A stretch of DNA of 64,000 nt, taken from contig CAVYYZ010000009.1 of NCBI GenBank assembly GCA_963772835.1, positions 64,001 through 128,000 of the forward strand. Reading direction: 5' to 3'. Origin of the DNA: an uncultured delta proteobacterium (lineage in GTDB: Bacteria > Desulfobacterota > Desulfuromonadia > Geobacterales > Pseudopelobacteraceae). Shown here in pieces: positions 8,642-17,095 of the stretch; the first letter of the stretch is position 1, and every line of letters starts with the position of its first letter. Under the pieces are notes generated by a model, which was not told the DNA's origin, did no database searches, and was given only the letters and a program-made list of their open reading frames with translations. The position numbers and the translations under genes are program-made.

Positions 8642-10858
8642 ATGAACAACCTGATTGTTAACAAGTACCTGCTGAAGAAGAAAATCTCCACGTTCGAAAA
8701 TGGTACGGTACTGTACCAGGCAGAGGAAATTTCCACCGGGGTCTCGTATTTTATCAAGGCTTTCAGGGGTGGGCAGAACGGTGATGCTGCCAAACTCCGT
8801 GACAGTTTTTATGCAGAAGCTAAAAACCTTGCCCATCTGAACCATGCCAATATTCTCCAAACCATCGATTTTTTTGAAGAGAATGAGGTTTTTTACCTGG
8901 TACAGGAGCATTTCGGGGCGTTCCGACTGGATGAGATTATCAATCATCATGGCGGCAACAAAGAACTGCCGACACTTCATGTCATCAAGCAGGTGTTGAA
9001 AGCGCTCTCGTTTGCCCACAGTCGCGGGCTCATCCACCGGGGAGTAAGTGCGACAAATGTTTTTGTGGCCAAAAACGGTCTGGTCAAGCTGGACGGATTT
9101 GGCGCATCAAGTCATATGCCGACAGAAGCGGGGAGCAGCGCTGCCTTTTTTGCCGCCGCAGGATATATGAGCCCCGAACAGATTGTAAACCCCAAGGCGA
9201 TTGATACACGCTCTGATGTCTATTCAGTCGGTATGTTGATGTATCAGATGCTGACCGGTGCACCACCCCGGGAAGCCGGTTCAACCATTATCCAGTTGAT
9301 GCGGCAGATGGAGGAGGATATCTCTGACATACGTGAAAAACTTCCCGAACTTGATGGTGATCTGGCAGCAATAATTCACCGCGCCCTTTCACGGTCGCCC
9401 GACCATCGTTTCCAGAGCGGCGACGAATTTATTGCCGCCCTGGAGCGCTATCAGCACCGTGACAAGCTTGACCGCGAGGCCCGGGAAAAAGCGGCTGAAG
9501 GCAAACTGCGTCGACGACTGTTTGTGCTCCGCAGCACCGCTGCCATCGCCATGCTGGTAATTCTGACCTGGGGCGGCTGGTACCTGTTTTTTGCCGAGCG
9601 GATTGAAACAGTCCTCAGGCTGCAAGGTTCAAATACCATCGGTGCCAAACTCGCCCCGGCCCTGGCGGAAGAATTCCTGAAACGAAAAGGGGCAAACAGA
9701 ACACGACGTGAACCGGGTGCGAACGATGAAGAGGTCAGGATTGTCGGCAGCATGGGGGGGAGCAGGGCATGGGCGGTGGAAATCAAGTCTCATGGTTCCT
9801 CCACCGCCTTCGAAGGGCTCGAAAAAGCGCAATGCGATATCGGCATGGCTTCGCGCCCAATCAAGAAAGTGGAATCTGAAAAATTGTCTGCTTTGGGCGA
9901 TATGACTCAGTACGGAAGCGAACATGTCATCGGTCTTGATGGTCTGGCGGTGATTGTGAACGTAGCCAACCCGCTAACAGCGGCAAGCAAGGACACTCTT
10001 GCCCGCATTTTTGCCGGAGAAACAGGCTCCTGGAAGGATGTCGGCGGCAATGACAAGGCAATCAGTCTCTATGCCCGGGATGACAATTCCGGAACGTATG
10101 ATACCTTCAAAAGCCTGGTTCTGGACAAGAAAAAGTTGAGCGCCGGCGCCAAACGCTATGAGGACAGTAACCAGCTATCCTCCGATGTCGCCGGCAACCC
10201 GGCTGGCATCGGCTTCATCGGGCTCCCGTATATAAAAAGCTGCAAGGCGCTGGCAATTTCGGCGAGCGCTGCCGGGGGTGCGATTTACCCGAATGTATTT
10301 ACCGTTGCACAGGAGGAGTACCCGCTGTCACGCCGCCTCTACATGTATGTTGCGCCAAAGATCGGTAACCCCCTGGCAAGAGATTTCATAGAATTTGTGC
10401 TTTCGGACGACGGGCAGGAGATTGCAGAAAAGAACGGTTTTGTTTCTCTCAAGGTTCGTGCCGAAACACCGTTGTTGCCGGACAACGTGCCGGCGGAATT
10501 CAGAGCCATGGTGGATGGTGCGGAACGGCTGTCGCTCTCCTTCAGGTTTCGCCCTGATACGATCAGCTTCGACAACCGCTCACGGCGCGATTTCGACCGC
10601 CTCATTCACGCGCTTGATCGCAAGGAACTGCAGGGGCGTAAAGTCATGCTGTTCGGTTTCAGCGATATGAGCGAAGGGAAAAAATCAACAGAGACCGCCG
10701 AACAGTGGGCAAAAATGGTGGCCGGTGAATTGACGTCGCGTGGCGTGAACGCTTCTGTGGTCATGGGGCTGGGCTCTGTAGCGCAGCTTGCGGAGGGTGG
10801 TTCCAGCGATGGGAAAATCCGCAATAACAGGGTCGAAGTATGGCTGTCCCGTCGATGA
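8642..10858 (+). CDS. Ser/Thr (pseudo)kinase - TM - PstS-type phosphate-binding domain - OmpA-like domain fusion
   Basis: Kinase subdomains (LNHANI, HRGVSATN, YMSPEQ, SDVYSVG, RFQS); TM AAIAMLVILTWGGWYLFF; PBP motifs GSNTIG, HGSSTAF, DIGMASR, RDDNSGT, YPLSRRLY; C-terminal GFSD...NNRVEVW. Confidence 0.85.
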   Translation: MNNLIVNKYLLKKKISTFENGTVLYQAEEISTGVSYFIKAFRGGQNGDAAKLRDSFYAEAKNLAHLNHANILQTIDFFEENEVFYLVQEHFGAFRLDEIINHHGGNKELPTLHVIKQVLKALSFAHSRGLIHRGVSATNVFVAKNGLVKLDGFGASSHMPTEAGSSAAFFAAAGYMSPEQIVNPKAIDTRSDVYSVGMLMYQMLTGAPPREAGSTIIQLMRQMEEDISDIREKLPELDGDLAAIIHRALSRSPDHRFQSGDEFIAALERYQHRDKLDREAREKAAEGKLRRRLFVLRSTAAIAMLVILTWGGWYLFFAERIETVLRLQGSNTIGAKLAPALAEEFLKRKGANRTRREPGANDEEVRIVGSMGGSRAWAVEIKSHGSSTAFEGLEKAQCDIGMASRPIKKVESEKLSALGDMTQYGSEHVIGLDGLAVIVNVANPLTAASKDTLARIFAGETGSWKDVGGNDKAISLYARDDNSGTYDTFKSLVLDKKKLSAGAKRYEDSNQLSSDVAGNPAGIGFIGLPYIKSCKALAISASAAGGAIYPNVFTVAQEEYPLSRRLYMYVAPKIGNPLARDFIEFVLSDDGQEIAEKNGFVSLKVRAETPLLPDNVPAEFRAMVDGAERLSLSFRFRPDTISFDNRSRRDFDRLIHALDRKELQGRKVMLFGFSDMSEGKKSTETAEQWAKMVAGELTSRGVNASVVMGLGSVAQLAEGGSSDGKIRNNRVEVWLSRR

Positions 10859-11820
10859 TTTTTTATGACTCACCACCTGAGGCACACATTCCGGTTCATA
10901 TCATGTCCATGACAACACTTGAACAGACCCGTCAGGCCCTGGCAACCTATTTCATGTTTTCCACTGCCGAGGGGAGGGATCTTCCGGACACTGTTATCCT
11001 GTCGATTCTTCTGGCCAAAAAGGAAGCTATTACGCAGAATGACCGGCGCTTTGAGCGGCTCATGCTGGATGTAGGAAAATATTGCGATGAACGTCTTGAC
11101 GATGCAAACAATGCCGGCAAAACCGGCCGGAAAAATTTCCATCGCCTGGTTGATATACTCCACCGGATGGAGGAGGCCTCACAGTTCATCAATAAAATGG
11201 TTTTTTTTGCGCGTGGAATCCCCGATTGCGATACCCTGAACGTGCTTTCTTCCAGCTGGAATGAGTTAAACACCATCAAACCGGGACTTTTCAGGGAGTT
11301 ACTGCTTGACGATCTTCTCACCAGCGACCTGCCGGGAAGGATGGGGCGCAAACGTATAACCAATATACTGGATGGACTCGAATGCCTTTCCCAAGGCACG
11401 GGAACCATGCAGGATATTCTGCAGCGACTGGAGAGGGTAGAGCGAGAGGAACAGATCCTCGTAAGCGTTGTGACCTGCATCCAGGAGGCAATCGGAAGCC
11501 GTTACGGATTGCTGGCCGGAGATGGTGAACGGGATACAATCAAGCGGATTGTATCAATTGAGTTGCGCCACAAGCGGCTCCTGAACGGAGACATCCCCGA
11601 CAATCTTTTCGACGTCGGTCTGCGGCTCGCAAAAAGTTCACTGATGTATATGAACACGCTTCTTCCAATTATTTTTTCACAGGGCGACGCCGGATTGCGG
11701 GAGGAATTCATACGGGATTCCGGGCTCGACAGACTCCTCGTGGAAGAATTGGAAGAATTCTGGTGCATCCGGGAAAACCTGCCGCCACACAGATTGGATT
11801 CGATCCGCAGCAGATCATAA
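10855..11820 (+). CDS. Hypothetical helical protein resembling the C-terminal half of TIGR04442-family proteins
   Basis: ATGA overlap with the upstream stop; C-terminal LREEFIRDSGLDRLLVEELEE recalls that family (from memory, not searched). Confidence 0.6.
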   Translation: MIFYDSPPEAHIPVHIMSMTTLEQTRQALATYFMFSTAEGRDLPDTVILSILLAKKEAITQNDRRFERLMLDVGKYCDERLDDANNAGKTGRKNFHRLVDILHRMEEASQFINKMVFFARGIPDCDTLNVLSSSWNELNTIKPGLFRELLLDDLLTSDLPGRMGRKRITNILDGLECLSQGTGTMQDILQRLERVEREEQILVSVVTCIQEAIGSRYGLLAGDGERDTIKRIVSIELRHKRLLNGDIPDNLFDVGLRLAKSSLMYMNTLLPIIFSQGDAGLREEFIRDSGLDRLLVEELEEFWCIRENLPPHRLDSIRSRS

Positions 11821-12083
11821 ACGTGCCCTGGCTTAAGAAGGGGGGTATTTCCTTGCAAGGAAATCAGGGCGCTGCGCGGCAGGCGTACAGTGGTACGCCG
11901 CACAAGCAAAGCAGAAGTTTGACGCCGCCAGGGGGGAAAAAGCACCCTTTATGGATGGACACTATTTAGAAATCAAGCATACGTCTGGAACTTTACACAT
12001 GACGGACGTGTTTACACGTCTCTCCCACTCCCGCCTTTCCGCCCGACTCGAGTGGATCTTCATTATCCTGATTGGCATTGAGA

Positions 12084-12257
12084 TTATGATTTATCTGATG
12101 CAACTGTATCAAGGGAGTTGAACGGTATATATTGCGACTCCGCCTTATAAGAATCCCGCAACATTCGAAGTTTTTCAATCTGAATGTCCAATTCTGCAAA
12201 ACCACCCGGAAACGGCATACGGCACCACTCTGCTAAAGAGGCCACCCACCCGCGCAT
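12084..12257 (-). CDS. Possible small hypothetical protein
   Basis: ATG 2 nt downstream of the stop of the 12260..12442 gene; helical-looking ELDIQIEKLRMLRDSY. Confidence 0.3.
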   Translation of the reverse strand: MRGWVASLAEWCRMPFPGGFAELDIQIEKLRMLRDSYKAESQYIPFNSLDTVASDKS

Positions 12258-12259
12258 GG

Positions 12260-12442
12260 TTAGCACAACCCCGCTGCTATCGTACTGTTGATGACAACGC
12301 CATTTTTATCAGGTAATTCCATCGGCCTATGGCACGCGCCGCAATTGGTACCTCTGTTCAGTTTTGCCCAGAGCACGAGATTTTCAGAGTCACACCAATC
12401 GCAGCACCAGAAATAATAGTCTTCGTTTAGTCGTATTTTCAT
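12260..12442 (-). CDS. Small Cys-rich zinc-ribbon-like protein (60 aa)
   Basis: CDWC and CGAC pairs; AGAGGGG RBS; divergent from the phoB-like gene. Confidence 0.6.
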   Translation of the reverse strand: MKIRLNEDYYFWCCDWCDSENLVLWAKLNRGTNCGACHRPMELPDKNGVVINSTIAAGLC

Positions 12443-12663
12443 TTTTACGTTCCCCTCTCTTTTTTTCTCACAATACACTGCGATTATTACAAACGTGTGA
12501 AGGCCAGATAAATTTTTTGTTAATTTTTTGAGTATTCATAGCTGGATGCAATTTCAACAGAATCTTTATACAGCTGCAATATGGCTGTAACAATTGCGTG
12601 CTACAAATGAGTAAGAGAGATATGGCCACTCGAATTACGGTAATACAGGAGCAGGAGGATGAG

Positions 12664-13348
12664 ATGAAGAGGGTGCTTATTATTGAAGACGAAAAAGATT
12701 TAGCAGAGATTCTGGCCTTTAATCTTGAGAAAGAGGGATACACCGTAACCTGTGTTCATGATGGCAGGCAGGGGCTTGAGCGAGTCGGTTCAGATCTGCC
12801 GGATTTGGTCCTTTTGGACCTGATGCTGCCGGGACTGCCCGGAACCGATATCTGTAAGGCGCTTAGGAAGGATCAGCGCACTTATCAAATTCCGGTTATC
12901 ATGATAACGGCAAAAGGTGATGAAATTGACCGCGTTGCGGGATTTGAAGTCGGTGCCGATGATTATATTGTCAAACCCTTTTCCATGCGTGAAGCGGTCC
13001 TGCGCATAAACGCGGTCATGAGGCGCTATGAGCGGGAAATACAGCAGCCTGAATCTTGAATATCTTACTATCGGGGATATCGTCATTGATAAGAATCACC
13101 ATTCCGTAAAGAGCGCCGGCAGTGATGTTGATCTGACCAGCACCGAGTTCAAGCTGCTCCTCTTTCTTGCAGAGAAAAAGCAGTGTGTCCAGAGCCGCGA
13201 AAAACTTTTGCAGAATATTTGGTGCTGCACAAATCCTGGAGAGATGAGAACCGTTGATACTCATGTAACCCGCTTGCGCGGCAAACTGGGTGCGCCTGGC
13301 GGCATCATCAAGACCGTCCGGGGTTTCGGCTACAAGATCGAAGAATAA
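12664..13348 (+). CDS. phoB: PhoB/OmpR-family response regulator, frameshifted near 13050
   Basis: Receiver domain (IEDE, LLDLMLPG, TAKGDEIDRV, GADDYIVKPFS) in ORF 12598..13059; winged helix (LTSTEFKLL, RTVDTHVTRLRGKLG, KTVRGFGY) in ORF 13028..13348; adjacent to pstS. Confidence 0.8.
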
Positions 13349-13523
13349 CGATAGGAATGGTTATGGGCATCCAGGCCAGGATCATTTTGGTCGCCACAAA
13401 CTGAACGGTGATAAACCATTCGGATGTGGTCGTGCCATTGTAATCATAGTATTCAACTGCATAGTGGAACTGCTTCAGCAACCGGCGAACCTGAAAACGA
13501 CACCCGGTTTTCGTCTCCATGTA

Positions 13524-13621
13524 ATAATCATAAATGAGACATGAAAAATTAACAGACAATTTTCAAAGCTGTAACATGTATGTAACAGCAATCTGATATA
13601 GTGCCAAATAGTAATGTAACA
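13524..13621 (+). promoter_or_regulatory. Array of Pho-box-like half-sites upstream of pstS
   Basis: ATTAACA 13548, ATTTTCA 13559, TGTAACA 13570, TGTAACA 13581 (11-bp period); TATAGT -10 at 13597; extra TGTAACA at 13615. Confidence 0.7.
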
Positions 13622-13643
13622 CAAATTAAAGGAGGAACATTCA

Positions 13644-14609
13644 ATGTTCAAGAAGTCAATTCTGACCGCCGCACTGCTGACGGTCACCGTAGCAGCAGCC
13701 AATGCCGCACCAACCCATATCGATGCCAAGATTGCCGCGTACAAATCAACGTCCGGTGTAGCCGGCAACCTGAGCAGCATCGGTTCCGACACCCTCAACA
13801 ACCTGATGACCTACTGGGCAGAAGGGTTCAAGAAAAAATACCCGAATGTTAATATCCAGATCGAAGGGAAGGGTTCTACAACCGCTCCTCCTGCCCTGAT
13901 TGCCGGCACTGCCCAGCTCGGCCCCATGTCCCGCATGATGAAAAGCTCCGAAGTAGAAGGGTTCGAAAAAAAGTACGGCTACAAACCGACCAAAGTCGGT
14001 GTTGCACTCGATTCGCTCGCAGTATTCGTCAACAAGGACAACCCGATCAAAAGCCTGTCGCTTGATGAAGTAGATGCAATTTTCTCCAGCACCCATAAGC
14101 GCGGCCTTGCCGATATCACAACATGGGGACAACTGGGCGTCACCGGAAAACTGGCCGACAAGCCGATCAGCCTCTACGGCCGTAACTCCGCATCCGGCAC
14201 CTACGGTTACTTCAAGGAGCATACCCTCCACAAAGGTGACTACAAGAACACCGTTAAGGAACAGCCCGGCTCCGCTTCAGTGGTTGAAGGTATCGCCCAT
14301 GACATCTCGGGCATAGGCTATTCCGGTATCGGCTATGCCACCTCCGGTGTACGTGTCCTTGCGCTTTCCGACAAGAAGGGTGGCAAGGCAGAAGCTGCCA
14401 ACTATCAGAATGTACTTTCGGGAAAGTATCCGCTGTCCAGAATGCTCTACATATACGTTGCCAAAAAGCCGGGTGAACCGCTGCCCAAGGTTGTTGAAGA
14501 ATTCCTGAAATTTGCACTTTCCAAGGAAGGTCAGGAAATCGTTGTAAAGGACGGCTATGACCCGCTGACAGCCAAGATGATTACCGATCAGCTGAAGACG
14601 CTTAAATAA
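13644..14609 (+). CDS. pstS: Phosphate ABC transporter substrate-binding protein
   Basis: Signal peptide; GSDTL, EGKGSTTAPPAL, YGRNSASGTYGYFKE, YPLSRMLYIY; AAGGAGG RBS. Confidence 0.95.
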   Translation: MFKKSILTAALLTVTVAAANAAPTHIDAKIAAYKSTSGVAGNLSSIGSDTLNNLMTYWAEGFKKKYPNVNIQIEGKGSTTAPPALIAGTAQLGPMSRMMKSSEVEGFEKKYGYKPTKVGVALDSLAVFVNKDNPIKSLSLDEVDAIFSSTHKRGLADITTWGQLGVTGKLADKPISLYGRNSASGTYGYFKEHTLHKGDYKNTVKEQPGSASVVEGIAHDISGIGYSGIGYATSGVRVLALSDKKGGKAEAANYQNVLSGKYPLSRMLYIYVAKKPGEPLPKVVEEFLKFALSKEGQEIVVKDGYDPLTAKMITDQLKTLK

Positions 14610-14625
14610 ATCTCCCTCACCCCAC

Positions 14626-14664
14626 GTAAAAGGGCCCCCTCCTTCCAGGAGGGGGCCCTTTTAC
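14626..14664. terminator. Bidirectional Rho-independent terminator between the convergent pstS and pal genes
   Basis: Perfect 18-bp stem GTAAAAGGGCCCCCTCCT / AGGAGGGGGCCCTTTTAC with a 3-nt loop. Confidence 0.9.
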
Positions 14665-14738
14665 ATATAAGAACAGGTGATCATGCCGGGAAAAGGTTCA
14701 GCAGTTCAAATATACGATATTTCTTCCGGTCACTGCTA

Positions 14739-15317
14739 CTATCTCTGAATCACGAATTCATCTCTACGGTTTTTCGACCAGGCCGCTTCGTCGCTTCCCT
14801 GGACAGCCGGCTTCTCTTTGCCATAGCTGATTACTTCAAGTCTCTCCGGCTGCACACCCAGTGCCGTCAGATATTTAGCTGCCGATTTTGCGCGCAACTC
14901 ACCAAGTGCCAGGTTGTACTCTGCTGATCCACGCTCATCACAATTCCCTTCGATGCGCAACTTTACGTTTTTCTTGTTTTGCATCAGAACTTCTGCACTG
15001 CGACTAAGAGTGTCCCGTGCTGACTTACTTAAATCAGAGCTGTCAAAATCAAAGTAAATCTTATCAAATGCGGCTTCGATGACGGTTTGCTTGGCAGATT
15101 GATCCGCAGTCGATGCAGGCACAACCTGGACTGCCGGTGCCGTATTTTTCGTTTCGTCCGTTTTCTGAACAGCAGGTGTTGCAGGAAGACTTGCAACAGG
15201 TTTTACGGCAACAATCGGCTCATCCTTTTTAACAATATCCTTGTTAGCACACCCCACCGCTCCCAGCATTACCCCAAAACATCCTGCAACCACAGCAGCC
15301 TTACGATACATATTCAT
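14739..15317 (-). CDS. pal: Peptidoglycan-associated lipoprotein (OmpA C-terminal domain)
   Basis: Lipobox AVGC; IYFDFDSS, IEGNCDERGSAEYNLALGELRA, ISYGKEKP, NRRDEF. Confidence 0.9.
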   Translation of the reverse strand: MNMYRKAAVVAGCFGVMLGAVGCANKDIVKKDEPIVAVKPVASLPATPAVQKTDETKNTAPAVQVVPASTADQSAKQTVIEAAFDKIYFDFDSSDLSKSARDTLSRSAEVLMQNKKNVKLRIEGNCDERGSAEYNLALGELRAKSAAKYLTALGVQPERLEVISYGKEKPAVQGSDEAAWSKNRRDEFVIQR

Positions 15318-15367
15318 GTTTCTTCTCCTTTTCATTGTGTCTGTTGACACGAGATATTTCACGTGGT

Positions 15368-15390
15368 AATAATTTACTATACAAACTATT
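15368..15390. promoter_or_regulatory. Putative MarR operator
   Basis: AATAATTT-ACTAT-ACAAACTATT resembles the palindrome upstream of the second MarR gene at 62406-62428. Confidence 0.4.
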
Positions 15391-15420
15391 TCTGTGTCAA
15401 ACTAAATTACGGGACGATTC

Positions 15421-15963
15421 ATGAGTGTGCATACTGCTGATGGTTCAGTGAACAATATAACCGGAACTTCTCGCGTATACCCGGACGAAGAACTCCTTGG
15501 AGAAATTTTCGAATGGCTCCACAATCTGACACACGTATTCAAAGAGAAATCCCGCGAAATTGAAAAAAATACGGGTCTGAGCAGAAATCTTGTGATGGCC
15601 ATGAAAGTAATTTCCACCCCCCATTCTAGCAGTGTTTCCGGGCTTGCCAAGCGGATGCACATCAATTCCGTCACAATGGTTCGTATTCTCGATCGATTGG
15701 AGAAGTTGGAGCTTATTACGAGGATACGGTCGACAAAAGACCGTCGTGTGGTCGAGATCAGGGTTACCGAGAAGGCCGGTGATCTTGAACTGATGCTTAA
15801 CAATATGACTCATGACATCCTGATGAGCTGTTTTGGGGCAGGCGATACATCTGAACTGATGGAAAAGCTTGCGACTCTGCAGAACCTGGCATCACGACTG
15901 GATGCCGGGAGCGTTGATTTTTCGAAAAATATGATCGTCGGAACCCTGAAGGAGAAGTATTAG
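15421..15963 (+). CDS. MarR family transcriptional regulator
   Basis: wHTH SVSGLAKRMHINSVTMVRILDRLEKLELITRIRSTKDRRVV; start uncertain. Confidence 0.85.
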   Translation: MSVHTADGSVNNITGTSRVYPDEELLGEIFEWLHNLTHVFKEKSREIEKNTGLSRNLVMAMKVISTPHSSSVSGLAKRMHINSVTMVRILDRLEKLELITRIRSTKDRRVVEIRVTEKAGDLELMLNNMTHDILMSCFGAGDTSELMEKLATLQNLASRLDAGSVDFSKNMIVGTLKEKY

Positions 15964-16126
15964 CTCTACGTATGTGGTTAACTGAATGAGACATTCTTTT
16001 AAACGGTTTGTCCTCAAATGCAACAATTCGTTACTTAATCATAGTTGCACTAACAGGGAAATACAATACCTACATGAATCCAGTGCCAGGCATTATTGCT
16101 ACCCTTATGTGCACAAAGGGAAATAT

Positions 16127-17095
16127 ATGACGTATCTCTCAATAGTCATACCTGTTTACAACGCCGAAAAAAGCATAGCCTCACTGTGCCGTGAACTCAT
16201 GGTGCAACTTGCCGACCGCTATCGTCTTGAGATTGTTTTGATTAACGACTGCAGCAATGACGATACTGATGCCATCTGCAAACGACTTCATGCGGAGCAT
16301 CCTGAATCGGTTGTATACGCCGGACTGTCACGTAATTTTGGTGAACATAATGCCGTTATGGCCGGCCTACAACTGTCGCATGGCGACTATGTGGTCACCA
16401 TGGACGATGACTTCCAGAATCCACCGGAAGAAGTTGACCGATTGGTGAAGGAAATTCAGAAGGGCTTTGACGTAGTCTACTGTACATACCCAGAAAAGAA
16501 AGATAGTGTATTCCGTAACCTTGGCAGCTACCTGAATGGCAGCATGGCGCGGGTTGTCCTAAACAAACCTGCCAATCTCTATCTTTCCAGTTTTAAAGCC
16601 ATGAATCGATTTCTGGTTAATGAGATCATCACCTACACAACCCCCAATCCCTATCTGGACGCCATCATTCTGGGAATAACCCGCAGTATCGGGACGGTGG
16701 TGGTACGCCACGACCAGCGTCTGGCAGGCAGGTCCAGTTACACTCTATTAAAACTGACCGCTCTCTGGGGAAACATGATTGTCAGTTATTCCCTCATTCC
16801 GCTCCGCTTTCTGACTGTAACTGGGTTTGTCCTGACAATAATTGGTATTTACTCCGTGATCTCAATGGTACTGGGTAATTTAACTCCATTATTGGATAAT
16901 CCCAGTGACCTGGAAGAGCTTACCTCCGTCAGCATGTTTTTCAGAGGATTACAATTATTTGCCACCGGCATTGTGGGTGAGTACGTGGGGCGCATCTACC
17001 TCAAACTTAATGAAACGCCACAGTTCATCATCAGGGAGAAACTCACATCATATCAGGTTGGCAAAGCATCGGGAGGTGGCAACCATGGCGAGTGA
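16127..17095 (+). CDS. GT2 polyprenyl-phosphate glycosyltransferase (ArnC/GtrB-like)
   Basis: SIVIPVYNAE, NDCSNDDT, SRNFGEHNA, MDDDFQNPPEE, two C-terminal TMs, GEYVGRIY. Confidence 0.9.
   Translation: MTYLSIVIPVYNAEKSIASLCRELMVQLADRYRLEIVLINDCSNDDTDAICKRLHAEHPESVVYAGLSRNFGEHNAVMAGLQLSHGDYVVTMDDDFQNPPEEVDRLVKEIQKGFDVVYCTYPEKKDSVFRNLGSYLNGSMARVVLNKPANLYLSSFKAMNRFLVNEIITYTTPNPYLDAIILGITRSIGTVVVRHDQRLAGRSSYTLLKLTALWGNMIVSYSLIPLRFLTVTGFVLTIIGIYSVISMVLGNLTPLLDNPSDLEELTSVSMFFRGLQLFATGIVGEYVGRIYLKLNETPQFIIREKLTSYQVGKASGGGNHGE

Noticed and set aside
12260..12442. CGACH as a c-type heme-binding motif
   Set aside because: There is no signal peptide, and a second CxxC pair fits a cytoplasmic zinc ribbon better.
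12545..12610. Pho boxes upstream of phoB
   Set aside because: One TGTAACA is present, but neighbouring ACA half-sites are 13 bp apart rather than 11, so this is not convincing.
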